From Candidatus Woesearchaeota archaeon (GTDB lineage: Archaea; Nanobdellota; Nanobdellia; Woesearchaeales; GW2011-AR4), in NCBI GenBank assembly GCA_016185845.1, contig JACPMV010000046.1:1-56374 (forward strand): a DNA stretch of 56,374 bases. Direction: 5' to 3'. Within the stretch, counting starts at the first letter, position 1, and each line of letters begins with the position of its first letter. Below, in pieces: positions 28,623 through 37,684 of the stretch. A program made the position numbers and the translations under genes. The notes beneath the pieces are model-generated. The model had not been told where the DNA came from. It did no database searches and saw only the letters and a list, made by a program, of their open reading frames with translations.

Positions 28623-29777
28623 TTATTTAGTTATGGACTCCCATAGTCCGCCGACAAGCCCAGCTACTAATCCTACTACTAATTTGCCAATAGCCACGCC
28701 TGTACTCAATGAAAAACTGCTGCCAGGAGCTGAAGGCGCGCCCAGACTTGGTGCTCCAGCTATACTGCATGCGCTTCCTAAAGCTTTGGCAGTAGCTGAA
28801 AAAAATCCACTTATGTATCCTGCTCCGATTGTATTACTAGATACTTCCGCAATTTTGCATAATCCGCTTCCAAATAATCCGACAAGCGCGCTTGCGCCGA
28901 ACATTGTCCGGAATAGATATTCAACTACTACGATAGTTATTAGCCATCCTAATACCATTCCAAGAGAGCCTTTGCCTTGAGTGAGTATGCTGGCAATTAT
29001 CACTATTAGGAATAATTGCGCCATTCCAATTACAAGAGAGTAATCAGCTCCAGTACGGGCAAGAGTTGAGCCAAGCCATGCTGCTATGAAATAAGTAAGT
29101 TTTTTGCCGCCAGCTTGATCCAACTTTAGGAATACGCTGAAGAACCAGGCAAATAGGATGGTAGACCCAAAAAACACCCACAGCCTGTATTTATTCGCTT
29201 TTTCTGGCCTTAGTATTCCTCCTAAGGTTTTTCCAGGCGTTGAAGGATCAGGCTTGTCTGGCTCAAGGAGATAATTTTTAGCTACAGTATAATTTTCAGT
29301 TCTCCATAACCAATTATCTCCTATGCTTACCGCTATCATGCCTGCTATTAATATTGACAATAAGACAAGTCCAATTTGCCCTTGTTTTTTTTGCGGGTTA
29401 ACACCAAGAAACCCTGCTCCAAACCATCCAACAGCAGCAATAATTAACGCATTCACCAGAACTTTCGGCCTTAGTATTGTTGAAAGCGGCCCAACATTCC
29501 ATATATATCCCTCGCCTTTTCCGCCAATTGTCAGGACTGTTATGACGGCCAGCGCATAGCATATGACCCATATCGCTACTTTCTCCTTGCCCTCTTTTTT
29601 CGGTATAAGGACTGACTGAAGTATGAATAGAATGAAAAACACTATCTTGACGTTTACAAAAAATATAAACCATGTATTGCTGAATATGGGAGCGTCGAAT
29701 ATGCTTTGGGCAAAAGCCAACGGCAGGCTGATTATCAAAACCAATGCGCTAATCCACATTAATTTGTTTATTTTCAT
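28623..29777 (-). CDS. Polytopic membrane protein with signal peptide and repeated TM hairpins
   Basis: Signal ending AFA|Q; about 9-10 hydrophobic segments. Confidence 0.78.
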   Translation of the reverse strand: MKINKLMWISALVLIISLPLAFAQSIFDAPIFSNTWFIFFVNVKIVFFILFILQSVLIPKKEGKEKVAIWVICYALAVITVLTIGGKGEGYIWNVGPLSTILRPKVLVNALIIAAVGWFGAGFLGVNPQKKQGQIGLVLLSILIAGMIAVSIGDNWLWRTENYTVAKNYLLEPDKPDPSTPGKTLGGILRPEKANKYRLWVFFGSTILFAWFFSVFLKLDQAGGKKLTYFIAAWLGSTLARTGADYSLVIGMAQLFLIVIIASILTQGKGSLGMVLGWLITIVVVEYLFRTMFGASALVGLFGSGLCKIAEVSSNTIGAGYISGFFSATAKALGSACSIAGAPSLGAPSAPGSSFSLSTGVAIGKLVVGLVAGLVGGLWESITK

Positions 29778-30925
29778 AACTCTTTCACAGCCTCATCCAA
29801 AATTTTGTCATCAGGAAGCTCATCAAACTCATAGCCCATAGAAGTTAATTTAATCCAAAGCCTAAGAACATTATCAGTAAAGTAGAATTTGTTGCCTTTC
29901 TTGTGTATCACATCGACATCCATCAGCCTTTCAATGATGCTTTTTGTGACAGGGGCGCTCCTGTAGATTTTTTTGGCAATTTCGCTCAGTCTCAATTCAT
30001 CATTTGCGACGACTTTCAGGATTATTTTGAGCAGGGTCTGCCCCCTTGCCCTGTTGTAATAGTAATTCAGGGAATCATTGCAATAATTGTAAATAGGATT
30101 GTTTTTTTGCAGAAGCTCAATCAGAAATGATTTTTTAGCATCTTTTATCTCATTGTATCTTTTGGAAATAAGGATGGTTATCAAGGGATGGCCCTGGCCC
30201 AACGCCCAGATTTCTTCGCTTGCGTTATCTTTTCCTATAATGCTTTCCGCAAGCTCAATAGCCTCTTTTTTCTCAAGATTTTTTATCTCGTAGCACTCAA
30301 AATTTTTCAGCGAAGCAAGGCTTTCCCTTATGGCAGAGCTTGCCGCAATATACCTTGCATTTTCAGCCTCAAAATTTATCACTGATAAAATATCCCTAAT
30401 CTGCGAGAAATTGTTCAGGTCAAGAAGGTTCTCGAAATTGTCAAGGGCAATGATGAATTTCCTGCCGCTGTCTTTCCCAAGCCTTTCTGCAAAATCAAAC
30501 GCGCTTTCAACAAGCAGCTTCTGGTCGGGCTTTATCTTTAATAATTCATTCTCAACAGCCTTTATCAGAGAAAATGCATTTTTGCTTTTCAGCTCGTTTT
30601 CAGCCTTAAGAAGGTTTTCCAGCAGAAGAAATTTTTTGTACTCTTTTAAGGGCTTTTTTAAAAAATTATAGGCAACATTACCTATAAGCTCAACAGAAAA
30701 ATTCTCAGGATTGAGGCTTATTTTTTCCAAGTCAATATAGACAGGAACAACGTCTTTGGCATTTTTAAGATGCTCTTTGATTATTGCTGTTTTTCCTGAT
30801 TTTCTGGACCCAAGCAGTGCAATGTTCTTGCCCGCTCCTGCCTTGAAAGAGTTTGTATTTTTATCTAGCAAATCCAGGTAATACTCTCTCTTAAAAACTA
30901 CCTCTTTCTTTGCCAAATATTTCAC
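29774..30925 (-). CDS. Archaeal P-loop ATPase with C-terminal wHTH
   Basis: Walker A GSRKSGKT; Walker B IIALDNFE; GHP; LSEIAKKI..YFTDNVLRLW. Confidence 0.85.
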   Translation of the reverse strand: MKYLAKKEVVFKREYYLDLLDKNTNSFKAGAGKNIALLGSRKSGKTAIIKEHLKNAKDVVPVYIDLEKISLNPENFSVELIGNVAYNFLKKPLKEYKKFLLLENLLKAENELKSKNAFSLIKAVENELLKIKPDQKLLVESAFDFAERLGKDSGRKFIIALDNFENLLDLNNFSQIRDILSVINFEAENARYIAASSAIRESLASLKNFECYEIKNLEKKEAIELAESIIGKDNASEEIWALGQGHPLITILISKRYNEIKDAKKSFLIELLQKNNPIYNYCNDSLNYYYNRARGQTLLKIILKVVANDELRLSEIAKKIYRSAPVTKSIIERLMDVDVIHKKGNKFYFTDNVLRLWIKLTSMGYEFDELPDDKILDEAVKEL

Positions 30926-30930
30926 TCGTA

Positions 30931-31084
30931 AATTATACCAATTGGAATATATACTTATAATATAAAAATGTTTTGTTTCTTTTAATTATACCAATAGGTA
31001 TATATTTTTAAAATTAATATTCCATTTTGTATAGAACTAGTATTTAAGACTTTTGTTTCTTATAATTATACCATTTAGTATATA
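30931..31084. promoter_or_regulatory. Four imperfect TATACC-N4-GGTATA palindromic operators
   Basis: tataccaattggaata 30934, tataccaataggtata 30987, tattccattttgtata 31018, tataccatttagtata 31067. Confidence 0.7.
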
Positions 31085-31226
31085 AACTTTTTGGTATAAA
31101 TTTGGATATCAGCTCTATTCAGGAATAATGTAACCATTTTCTAGTAATAAAAATAAAAACCTTTATATATTGGTAGTATAAAACACTACTGAGTAGTACT
31201 CATATAACGTTGGGGTAATTTGTTTC

Positions 31227-31421
31227 ATGAAACACAAGCTAAGTGTAAGTTTAGATGAAAGGCTCGTGCAGGAGCTAGACAGGATTCTTTCTACGGGCAA
31301 GTACAGAAACAAGAGCCATGCAATAGACTTTGCAGTGAGAAAATTGCTGGATAGCTCATCTTTGACGAACAAAATCTCCACGCCTGCCCCACAAACTAGC
31401 CCGGAGGCAAAAAATGGCTGA
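31227..31421 (+). CDS. Ribbon-helix-helix (CopG-like) protein 1
   Basis: KLSVSLDE..GKYRNKSHAIDFAVRKLL. Confidence 0.85.
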   Translation: MKHKLSVSLDERLVQELDRILSTGKYRNKSHAIDFAVRKLLDSSSLTNKISTPAPQTSPEAKNG

Positions 31422-32289
31422 GCCTTCAGAGCTTGAAAATATGGCGCAGGCTGCTCCGCAAACTGCTTCTCAACCAGCACAACAGCAGCCTGAGAAAAAG
31501 AAAGAAGAAACTCCGCTAGAGGAAATTGCAAACGGAGCAAAAAATGTTGCTGCATTTGGTGTCGGTACTGCATTGCCCTTTGTCTGGCCATTTGGAACTG
31601 GCATTAACAACGCAGTAACCGCCCTGCCGTTGGCCATGGGCTCTGCAATAGAAGACAAGATGCAGGGCAAGCCGATAAACTGGGTTAAAGGCGCAAAAGA
31701 ATCTCTTGTTGGAACTATAATCAACCGGCCGTTGGAGCGGATGTTCGGATACATAAACATTTCTCGTGATTATGTGACTGCAAATTACGGAATGATTCCT
31801 GGCTTTGCGGCAGCTACTGCGGCATTGGGAGCTGCGCAGGCTGTTTTCGTTGGAGCTTACATGGGCCTTAACCATGTCATACAAAATCACACATTCAAAG
31901 GCTTGTATGAAAAATTAAAGAAAGACTACTTGCCGACAATCAAAAGAACCTGGAAATATGTACTGCCATTTAGCGCTTTGAATGTTACCCTTCTACCACT
32001 AACCGGCCTTTACCAAACTCTTGGGGTTACAGCACAGCTTGCATACGGCTCATTGATGTCTTTATTGTTCAGGCTGGTTGGTCCAAAAGCAGAAGGCACC
32101 AGTCTGAAGAATCTAGTCAAGGAATTGAATCCTTTTGCGTACATAGGTGGGACTATAAGTGTCACAGCCAAAGCTGCCAAAAATACAATCGGGGGATTAT
32201 ACACTGGACTTTATGATTTAGGCAGAGCCATTGGCGGATATTCTGCAAAAGCGGCACCAGCAACAGCACCAGCACTGCAACCGGCATAA
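31414..32289 (+). CDS. Mpv17/PMP22-like membrane protein 1
   Basis: QAVFVGAYMGL..EKLKKDYLPTIKRTWKYVLPFSALNVTLLP resembles the Mpv17/PMP22 core. Confidence 0.6.
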   Translation: MAEPSELENMAQAAPQTASQPAQQQPEKKKEETPLEEIANGAKNVAAFGVGTALPFVWPFGTGINNAVTALPLAMGSAIEDKMQGKPINWVKGAKESLVGTIINRPLERMFGYINISRDYVTANYGMIPGFAAATAALGAAQAVFVGAYMGLNHVIQNHTFKGLYEKLKKDYLPTIKRTWKYVLPFSALNVTLLPLTGLYQTLGVTAQLAYGSLMSLLFRLVGPKAEGTSLKNLVKELNPFAYIGGTISVTAKAAKNTIGGLYTGLYDLGRAIGGYSAKAAPATAPALQPA

Positions 32290-32291
32290 AA

Positions 32292-32438
32292 ATGAAACAA
32301 AAAATATCCATCACAATAGATGAAAAAACAGTTCACGATATTTTGAAGACTATTTCTACAGGAAAATTCAGGAATAAAAGCCACGTTGTAGAGTACGCTG
32401 TAAGGAAACTGCTTGAGGTGGAAAATGGCAGAGACTAA
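32292..32438 (+). CDS. Ribbon-helix-helix protein 2 (not in ORF track)
   Basis: MKQKISITIDEKTVHDILKTISTGKFRNKSHVVEYAVRKLLEVENGRD*. Confidence 0.85.
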   Translation: MKQKISITIDEKTVHDILKTISTGKFRNKSHVVEYAVRKLLEVENGRD

Positions 32439-33285
32439 TCCTCTGGCAGTTCCTGGAGAACAGAAAAAGGAAAAAGGAACATTGGAGAGTGTAGTTGACG
32501 AAATATGGGATTTTGGAAAAAAGACAATTGCCATAGGCGCAGTTGCTGCTATGCCTTTCCTTTACAATTTCTATGATCCAAGCCATGTGGCAAGAGCTGC
32601 CGTTACAACTTACGGATTTGCCGCTGCCAAATCAACAGCGAATGTAATACAAAACAAAAAGCCTTTGGAAGGAATAGTATGGCAAGGCGCAACTGGAAAT
32701 ATGCTTTCCTATCCTTTAGCGCGGGGATTCACAGGATTAAACAATCTGGAAACAGCACTTGCTCCGGACTATGGCGCTACAACTGCCAGAGTGGCAAAAG
32801 CCGGCGGAATGGTTTTTGGATTGCAGCCCGCATTCACGACTATCAGGACTGCGCTTAATTATGGAGTCGGAAAAAAATTCAGGGAAAATTTGTGGCCGGG
32901 CATTAATAATACTTTAAAGTATATATCATTAATAGGCGCAGCCAATGTTTTGTGGATATACCAATATGGATTATTGGCGCAAATGGCTACGTCCATGCTT
33001 GGCAGCTATGTTATCAACCTAGTGGAATCTCTAAGAGGCGGAAAAGGCCACATAAACAATCTCTTCAGTGCTTTAAATCCGTTTTCTTACATCGGCGCAG
33101 CCGCAGGCGTTTCCTACAAGCTCGCCAAAAACACAATCGGCGGAATTTATACAGGACTTCATGATGTTGGAAAATCCATTGGCGATGCTTTTGGAGGCTC
33201 ATATCAGCCTTCTGCTCCATCTCAACCATCACCGGCAAGGCCAGCACCATCACCAGCAGCAGCGCATCCAGCCCCAGCACACTAA
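32425..33285 (+). CDS. Mpv17/PMP22-like membrane protein 2
   Basis: GAGGTG SD; KFRENLWPGINNTLKY; LNPFSYIG..KNTIGG shared with paralog 1. Confidence 0.6.
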   Translation: MAETNPLAVPGEQKKEKGTLESVVDEIWDFGKKTIAIGAVAAMPFLYNFYDPSHVARAAVTTYGFAAAKSTANVIQNKKPLEGIVWQGATGNMLSYPLARGFTGLNNLETALAPDYGATTARVAKAGGMVFGLQPAFTTIRTALNYGVGKKFRENLWPGINNTLKYISLIGAANVLWIYQYGLLAQMATSMLGSYVINLVESLRGGKGHINNLFSALNPFSYIGAAAGVSYKLAKNTIGGIYTGLHDVGKSIGDAFGGSYQPSAPSQPSPARPAPSPAAAHPAPAH

Positions 33286-33287
33286 AA

Positions 33288-33461
33288 ATGAAGCAAAAAA
33301 TAAGCATAACTTTGGACGAAGAAACAGTTTTCAAAATTCAAAATAATCTGCGCACTGGAAAGTTCAGGAACAAAAGCCATGTTGTGGAGTTTGCAGTGAA
33401 GAAACTGCTTGAAGCGGAAAATTCTGAAGACAAAATTCTTTTGAGGGGTGATATGGAATGA
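33288..33461 (+). CDS. Ribbon-helix-helix protein 3 (not in ORF track)
   Basis: MKQKISITLDEETVFKIQNNLRTGKFRNKSHVVEFAVKKLLEAENSEDKILLRGDME*; ATGA overlap with the next gene. Confidence 0.85.
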   Translation: MKQKISITLDEETVFKIQNNLRTGKFRNKSHVVEFAVKKLLEAENSEDKILLRGDME

Positions 33462-34129
33462 GCCTCGAAGAAAAAGTTGCAGACCATAAGAACAGGGGAT
33501 TCCTGAGAAAAGCGCTGAAAATTGGGCTGTATGCCGGAATTGGCGCGGCAGCAGGCGCATTAAGCTACGGGCTTGTAGGAATTTCAGGCCCATTAACTGG
33601 TATTGCGTTCAGCGCAGGCTCTGCAGTTTTGAATGCCCTTGGAAAAAACCCTGACAAGAAATCAAGGGGCCTTGAAGGGATAGTCAAGGATTTTACGGTA
33701 GGTTCTTTGACTGGAATAGCAGGAGTGTGGGGCTACGATTTGGCCGCATCTTTGTTTCCTGTGCCTGGGATAGGGAGGGCATTATTTGGGCTTGCAGTTG
33801 CAAATTCCGTATTTGACGCTGCATATCTTGTTAGTGATTATATCATCAAGAACGATTTTAACCCAAGAGGAATTGGCAGACATGTTAAGGATAATTTTTG
33901 GCCGTTATTTAGGGATTCCACGATATGGCTTGGTTTGCCTGTTGCATTGACAATAAACGGCTATGGAATTCCTGCAACAATCGGAGGACTTGACTTAAGA
34001 GGATATCCAACAATTCTTGCAGCCGATGCAGCTTTTAGGGTAGTTGCAGGACTGGCTGAATCAAAAGCTTCCGGCAAGAGCCATTACGGGTATTCCGTTC
34101 CAAACATACAATATGCAGGAGCGCACTAA
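33458..34129 (+). CDS. Mpv17/PMP22-like membrane protein 3
   Basis: RGIGRHVKDNFWPLFRDSTIWLGLPVAL. Confidence 0.55.
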   Translation: MSLEEKVADHKNRGFLRKALKIGLYAGIGAAAGALSYGLVGISGPLTGIAFSAGSAVLNALGKNPDKKSRGLEGIVKDFTVGSLTGIAGVWGYDLAASLFPVPGIGRALFGLAVANSVFDAAYLVSDYIIKNDFNPRGIGRHVKDNFWPLFRDSTIWLGLPVALTINGYGIPATIGGLDLRGYPTILAADAAFRVVAGLAESKASGKSHYGYSVPNIQYAGAH

Positions 34130-34130
34130 G

Positions 34131-34901
34131 ATGGCAGAAAACCTTGAGCAAAAAACTGAATCAGAATTCGGGCAATTATTCAAAGGAATAGCCAATACTT
34201 TTATAGGGGCCGGAGCAATAGGCGCTTCTTATGCCTTATTGGGCACTACTGGACTGGCAATTGCCTCTGCTGCTCCGTTAAGCGGAAGGATTGTGACCAA
34301 GCTTGCAGGCAATGATTATACGGGCAGAAATTTCAGGAATGATACACTTGCAGGAGCCGTTACAGCGCCATTATTTGTAGGAATACTTAATGCTGTGACA
34401 AGGCTTCCAAGATATTACGGAATAGACGGCTTGGTTAATATTTTAGGGGCATCCATACCTGCCTATTCGCTTGGAGTTGCAGGATTTACATTAGCAGCAA
34501 TACCTTTTTTCACAGCTTTGACATATCCTATAGGATACATGGTGAGAAATAAAACATTAAAAGGAATTGGCAAGGATTTCAGCGAAAATTACTGGAAGAG
34601 TACAAAAAAGACTATGCTGTACCTAGGCTTGCCCGGAGCAGCTCTGGTATCATTAGGGGCTACTTTGCCTTATTTAGCGCCTTACCTGGCTCCGATATAC
34701 TTCGGATTAGGAATAGTCTCCAGGGCTATGAACTCAAAAGAAAAACTGGACTATAAAAAATTGTTCAATCCATCAACATATTTGCCAAACTTTTTGAATC
34801 CGTTTTATATAGTAGAAGGACTGGCAAGCTTAATCTCCAGGGCAGTAAGATCAAGCCCTAAGCCAGCTGCTCCTGAGTTATCACCGCAGCCCGCTCACTA
34901 A
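34131..34901 (+). CDS. Mpv17/PMP22-like membrane protein 4
   Basis: KGIGKDFSENYWKSTKKTMLYLGLPGAAL; LNPF; PAH C-terminus. Confidence 0.55.
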   Translation: MAENLEQKTESEFGQLFKGIANTFIGAGAIGASYALLGTTGLAIASAAPLSGRIVTKLAGNDYTGRNFRNDTLAGAVTAPLFVGILNAVTRLPRYYGIDGLVNILGASIPAYSLGVAGFTLAAIPFFTALTYPIGYMVRNKTLKGIGKDFSENYWKSTKKTMLYLGLPGAALVSLGATLPYLAPYLAPIYFGLGIVSRAMNSKEKLDYKKLFNPSTYLPNFLNPFYIVEGLASLISRAVRSSPKPAAPELSPQPAH

Positions 34902-35682
34902 AGCACTCAGGATGAATAGCTTCAGCCAATTTTTCAGCTCCGATTGCCAGTCTTGGCCCCGGCCTGTTTAATAAAGAATCATCAAAAACAAAGACTTTGT
35001 CATTTTGAACCGCGCTTAAATTCTGCCAGCCCTCTCTTTTTGTTATCCATTCTTTTGGGGCTTTGTCGGCCATGCCGCATATCGAGATTATTATTATTTC
35101 GGGGTCATATTTTTGTATTTGCTCTGTTGAAACTTCTTTGCTATGCACGCCTGCATTTATCAAGCTGTAATCTCCTCCGGCAATCTTCACTAAATTCGGA
35201 ACCCAGTTTCCCGAAACAGTAGGCGGCTTGTGCCATTCCTCAATGTAGGCTCTGGGCTTGTTTTTTATTTTTTTATTTTTAATATGATTTTGTATTTTGT
35301 TTTCAATTTCACTGAATCTACTTTTCATTGAATTAACTAATCTGCCTGCTTCTTTATCTTTATTAACCAATCTCCCTATTTCGGCTATTGAATCAAAAAC
35401 CCCTTTTAACGTTGTGGGCATCAAGGCAACAATATTCATCTTTGATTTTTTATATCTTGAAGTTATTTTATTCTGCACAAATGTAGAAGTCAAAATCAAG
35501 TCAGGATTGTAGCTTTTGACCAGCTCGTCATTTATGTCAAGCCAGCCCCCTATCCTTGGCTTTTTATTTGCATCTTCCGGAAAATCACAGTATCTTGTGG
35601 CAGCGGCTAATCTGTCCTGAGCGCCTAAAGCATAAAGAATTTCAGTGTTGCTCGGTGCCAGGGAAATAATTCTTCGGTACAT
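34858..35682 (-). CDS. BtuF-like cobalamin-binding protein, no signal peptide
   Basis: RIISLAPSNTEILYALG, CDFP, NPDLIL, LNRPGPRL. Confidence 0.85.
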   Translation of the reverse strand: MYRRIISLAPSNTEILYALGAQDRLAAATRYCDFPEDANKKPRIGGWLDINDELVKSYNPDLILTSTFVQNKITSRYKKSKMNIVALMPTTLKGVFDSIAEIGRLVNKDKEAGRLVNSMKSRFSEIENKIQNHIKNKKIKNKPRAYIEEWHKPPTVSGNWVPNLVKIAGGDYSLINAGVHSKEVSTEQIQKYDPEIIIISICGMADKAPKEWITKREGWQNLSAVQNDKVFVFDDSLLNRPGPRLAIGAEKLAEAIHPECFSERAAVITQEQLA

Positions 35683-35691
35683 AAGATTATG

Positions 35692-36108
35692 TCACTCTAT
35701 TCTTTCTATGTAGGGAAATTTATCAAAATCCGAGTCAAAGCTGGCTACATTTTTAACTCCGAATTTTTTGGCTAATGCAATAATGGTGCAGTCAGTAAAG
35801 CTTAATCTGCTTGTTTTTTTAAAATTTTCCCATGACTGCAAAAATATTTCCTCATCAATATTAAACCTTTCTATAGTTGGATCGCTTAAAAGAGCATCAC
35901 CAATTTCATTTATCTTATCATCAGGGATGGATTTAGCTCTGAGAAATGTTACTAGTTCATCAAATATATAATCAGAAATAAAGCACTGGCCAAATTCCTT
36001 ATTTTTAATTTTGGATTTCAACGCTAATGCGTTCTCATGCTTATGGTCTCCTGAATCATTTAGAGCGATTAGAAAAGAAGTATTCAAAATTAAACTCAAG
36101 TTTTCCAC
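35692..36108 (-). CDS. vapC: PIN-domain VapC toxin
   Basis: LNTSFLIA, IFDE, LSFTDC, SFDSDF (first acidic residue is Asn). Confidence 0.85.
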   Translation of the reverse strand: MENLSLILNTSFLIALNDSGDHKHENALALKSKIKNKEFGQCFISDYIFDELVTFLRAKSIPDDKINEIGDALLSDPTIERFNIDEEIFLQSWENFKKTSRLSFTDCTIIALAKKFGVKNVASFDSDFDKFPYIERIE

Positions 36109-36350
36109 CCATACAGCACTTCATCCACTTTTGTGCTTAAAATTCCAGCGTCCTTTCCTTCAAATTTAAATGGCTTCAAATCCCAAAAGCTCCTGCCTTT
36201 TTTTGTTTTTTTAGTTTCTTTATCATGCAGCCATCTCTCTAAAGCAAGGTTCATAGCTTCACCCATAGTCAGGCCTTCCTTGACGGCTTCCACCTTCAGC
36301 TCTCTCCACAAACTTTGGTTTACATCTCTTACTGTTATCAGTTTTGTCAT
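36096..36350 (-). CDS. RHH-type antitoxin
   Basis: ITVRDVNQSLWRELK..MGEAMNLAL; VDEVLYG; overlaps vapC. Confidence 0.8.
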   Translation of the reverse strand: MTKLITVRDVNQSLWRELKVEAVKEGLTMGEAMNLALERWLHDKETKKTKKGRSFWDLKPFKFEGKDAGILSTKVDEVLYGWKT

Positions 36351-36443
36351 ATATGTAAACATGTATTACAAGTTATATTTAAATCTTTCTAGTTATTTTC
36401 TTAGAAATCTTCCACAATAAATTGAATTGCTTTTTGATTAACT

Positions 36444-37181
36444 TTATCCCCACACATCCGTTTTAATCTGCTCCCTTTTGACGCCCATTGCTTTAAGCAG
36501 CCCCATTATATCATTGACAAATTCCCTTGACCCGCACAGAAAATACATATTTTCAGAAGCATTTTCAATATTCTCTTCCAAAAGAACTAAGTCAATTCTT
36601 CCCCTTCCCCCCTTCCAGTTTTGATTTTCCTCGTCTCTTGTAACAGTAACAACATGGTCAAAGTTTTGGTTGGCAGCCTTAAGCCTTTCAAGCTCATTTT
36701 TGTAAATTATTTCATCTGCAGCCTTTACGCTGTAAATAAGCTTTATTTTATTGCCGAGATTTTTATCCGTGCAATGCCTTATGATGCCAATCAGCGGTGT
36801 GATTCCTACACCGCCTCCAATCAGCACAAGGCTATTCTTCATTTCTTCGCTGAAATAAAATTTTCCGTAAGGCCCCTTGAATTTCAGCAGGTCACCGGGC
36901 TTTAATCCAAACATCTTTGCCGTGAAAGGACCGACTTTATTCAAGGCGATTTCAAGATATCTCTTTTGCTGGGGGGAAGAGGCGATTGAGTATGCCCTGG
37001 CTGTTTTTATCTCAGGATCATTTGGAAAAGAGACCATAAAAAACTGCCCCGGATAAAAATTTATTTCAGAGTTGGCAGGCAATTCCATCTTGAAAGATTT
37101 CACTGTAGCGGTTTCATCAATTATCTCGGATACGCCAAGAACCATGTCCTTTATCTGTTGCGGCTGCTGCATAAAAATCAT
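36444..37181 (-). CDS. FAD/NAD(P)-binding oxidoreductase (FNR-like)
   Basis: [27 protein letters not shown]. Confidence 0.9.
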   Translation of the reverse strand: MIFMQQPQQIKDMVLGVSEIIDETATVKSFKMELPANSEINFYPGQFFMVSFPNDPEIKTARAYSIASSPQQKRYLEIALNKVGPFTAKMFGLKPGDLLKFKGPYGKFYFSEEMKNSLVLIGGGVGITPLIGIIRHCTDKNLGNKIKLIYSVKAADEIIYKNELERLKAANQNFDHVVTVTRDEENQNWKGGRGRIDLVLLEENIENASENMYFLCGSREFVNDIMGLLKAMGVKREQIKTDVWG

Positions 37182-37639
37182 TTAACGGCATGCAGCACTT
37201 CCTCTATGTGCTGCTCCGGATTTACCCTGTAAAATATCTTTTTTATCCTGCCTTCTTCGTCAATCACGAAAGTTGACCTTGTTATCCCCCAGTATCTGTT
37301 GCCGAATTTTTCCTTTTCCTCGTAAACTCCATAATCCCCTGAAACTTTTTTATCTGTATCAGCCAGCAGCCTGAAATTAAGATGGTATTTGCTTTTGAAT
37401 TTAGTATGCGATTCAGCATCATCATTGCTTACCCCGAGCACCTCGACATTGCTTCTGTCCAGCCTGTTCATATTATCCCTGAAATCGCAGGCTTCTTTTG
37501 TGCAGCCGGGAGTATCATCCTTTGGGTAGAAATAAAGAACGACCTTTTTCCCCCTGAAATCCGATAATTTTATTTTATTGCCTTCCGAATCCTCCAGAGC
37601 AAAATCCGGAGCCTTGTCGCCTTCTTTTAGAGTTATCAT
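37178..37639 (-). CDS. bcp: Peroxiredoxin Bcp/PrxQ
   Basis: [16 protein letters not shown]. Confidence 0.95.
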   Translation of the reverse strand: MITLKEGDKAPDFALEDSEGNKIKLSDFRGKKVVLYFYPKDDTPGCTKEACDFRDNMNRLDRSNVEVLGVSNDDAESHTKFKSKYHLNFRLLADTDKKVSGDYGVYEEKEKFGNRYWGITRSTFVIDEEGRIKKIFYRVNPEQHIEEVLHAVK

Positions 37640-37684
37640 AAAACCGCCTGAAAAATAATAATGCTTGCTTATTTAAAAATTTAT

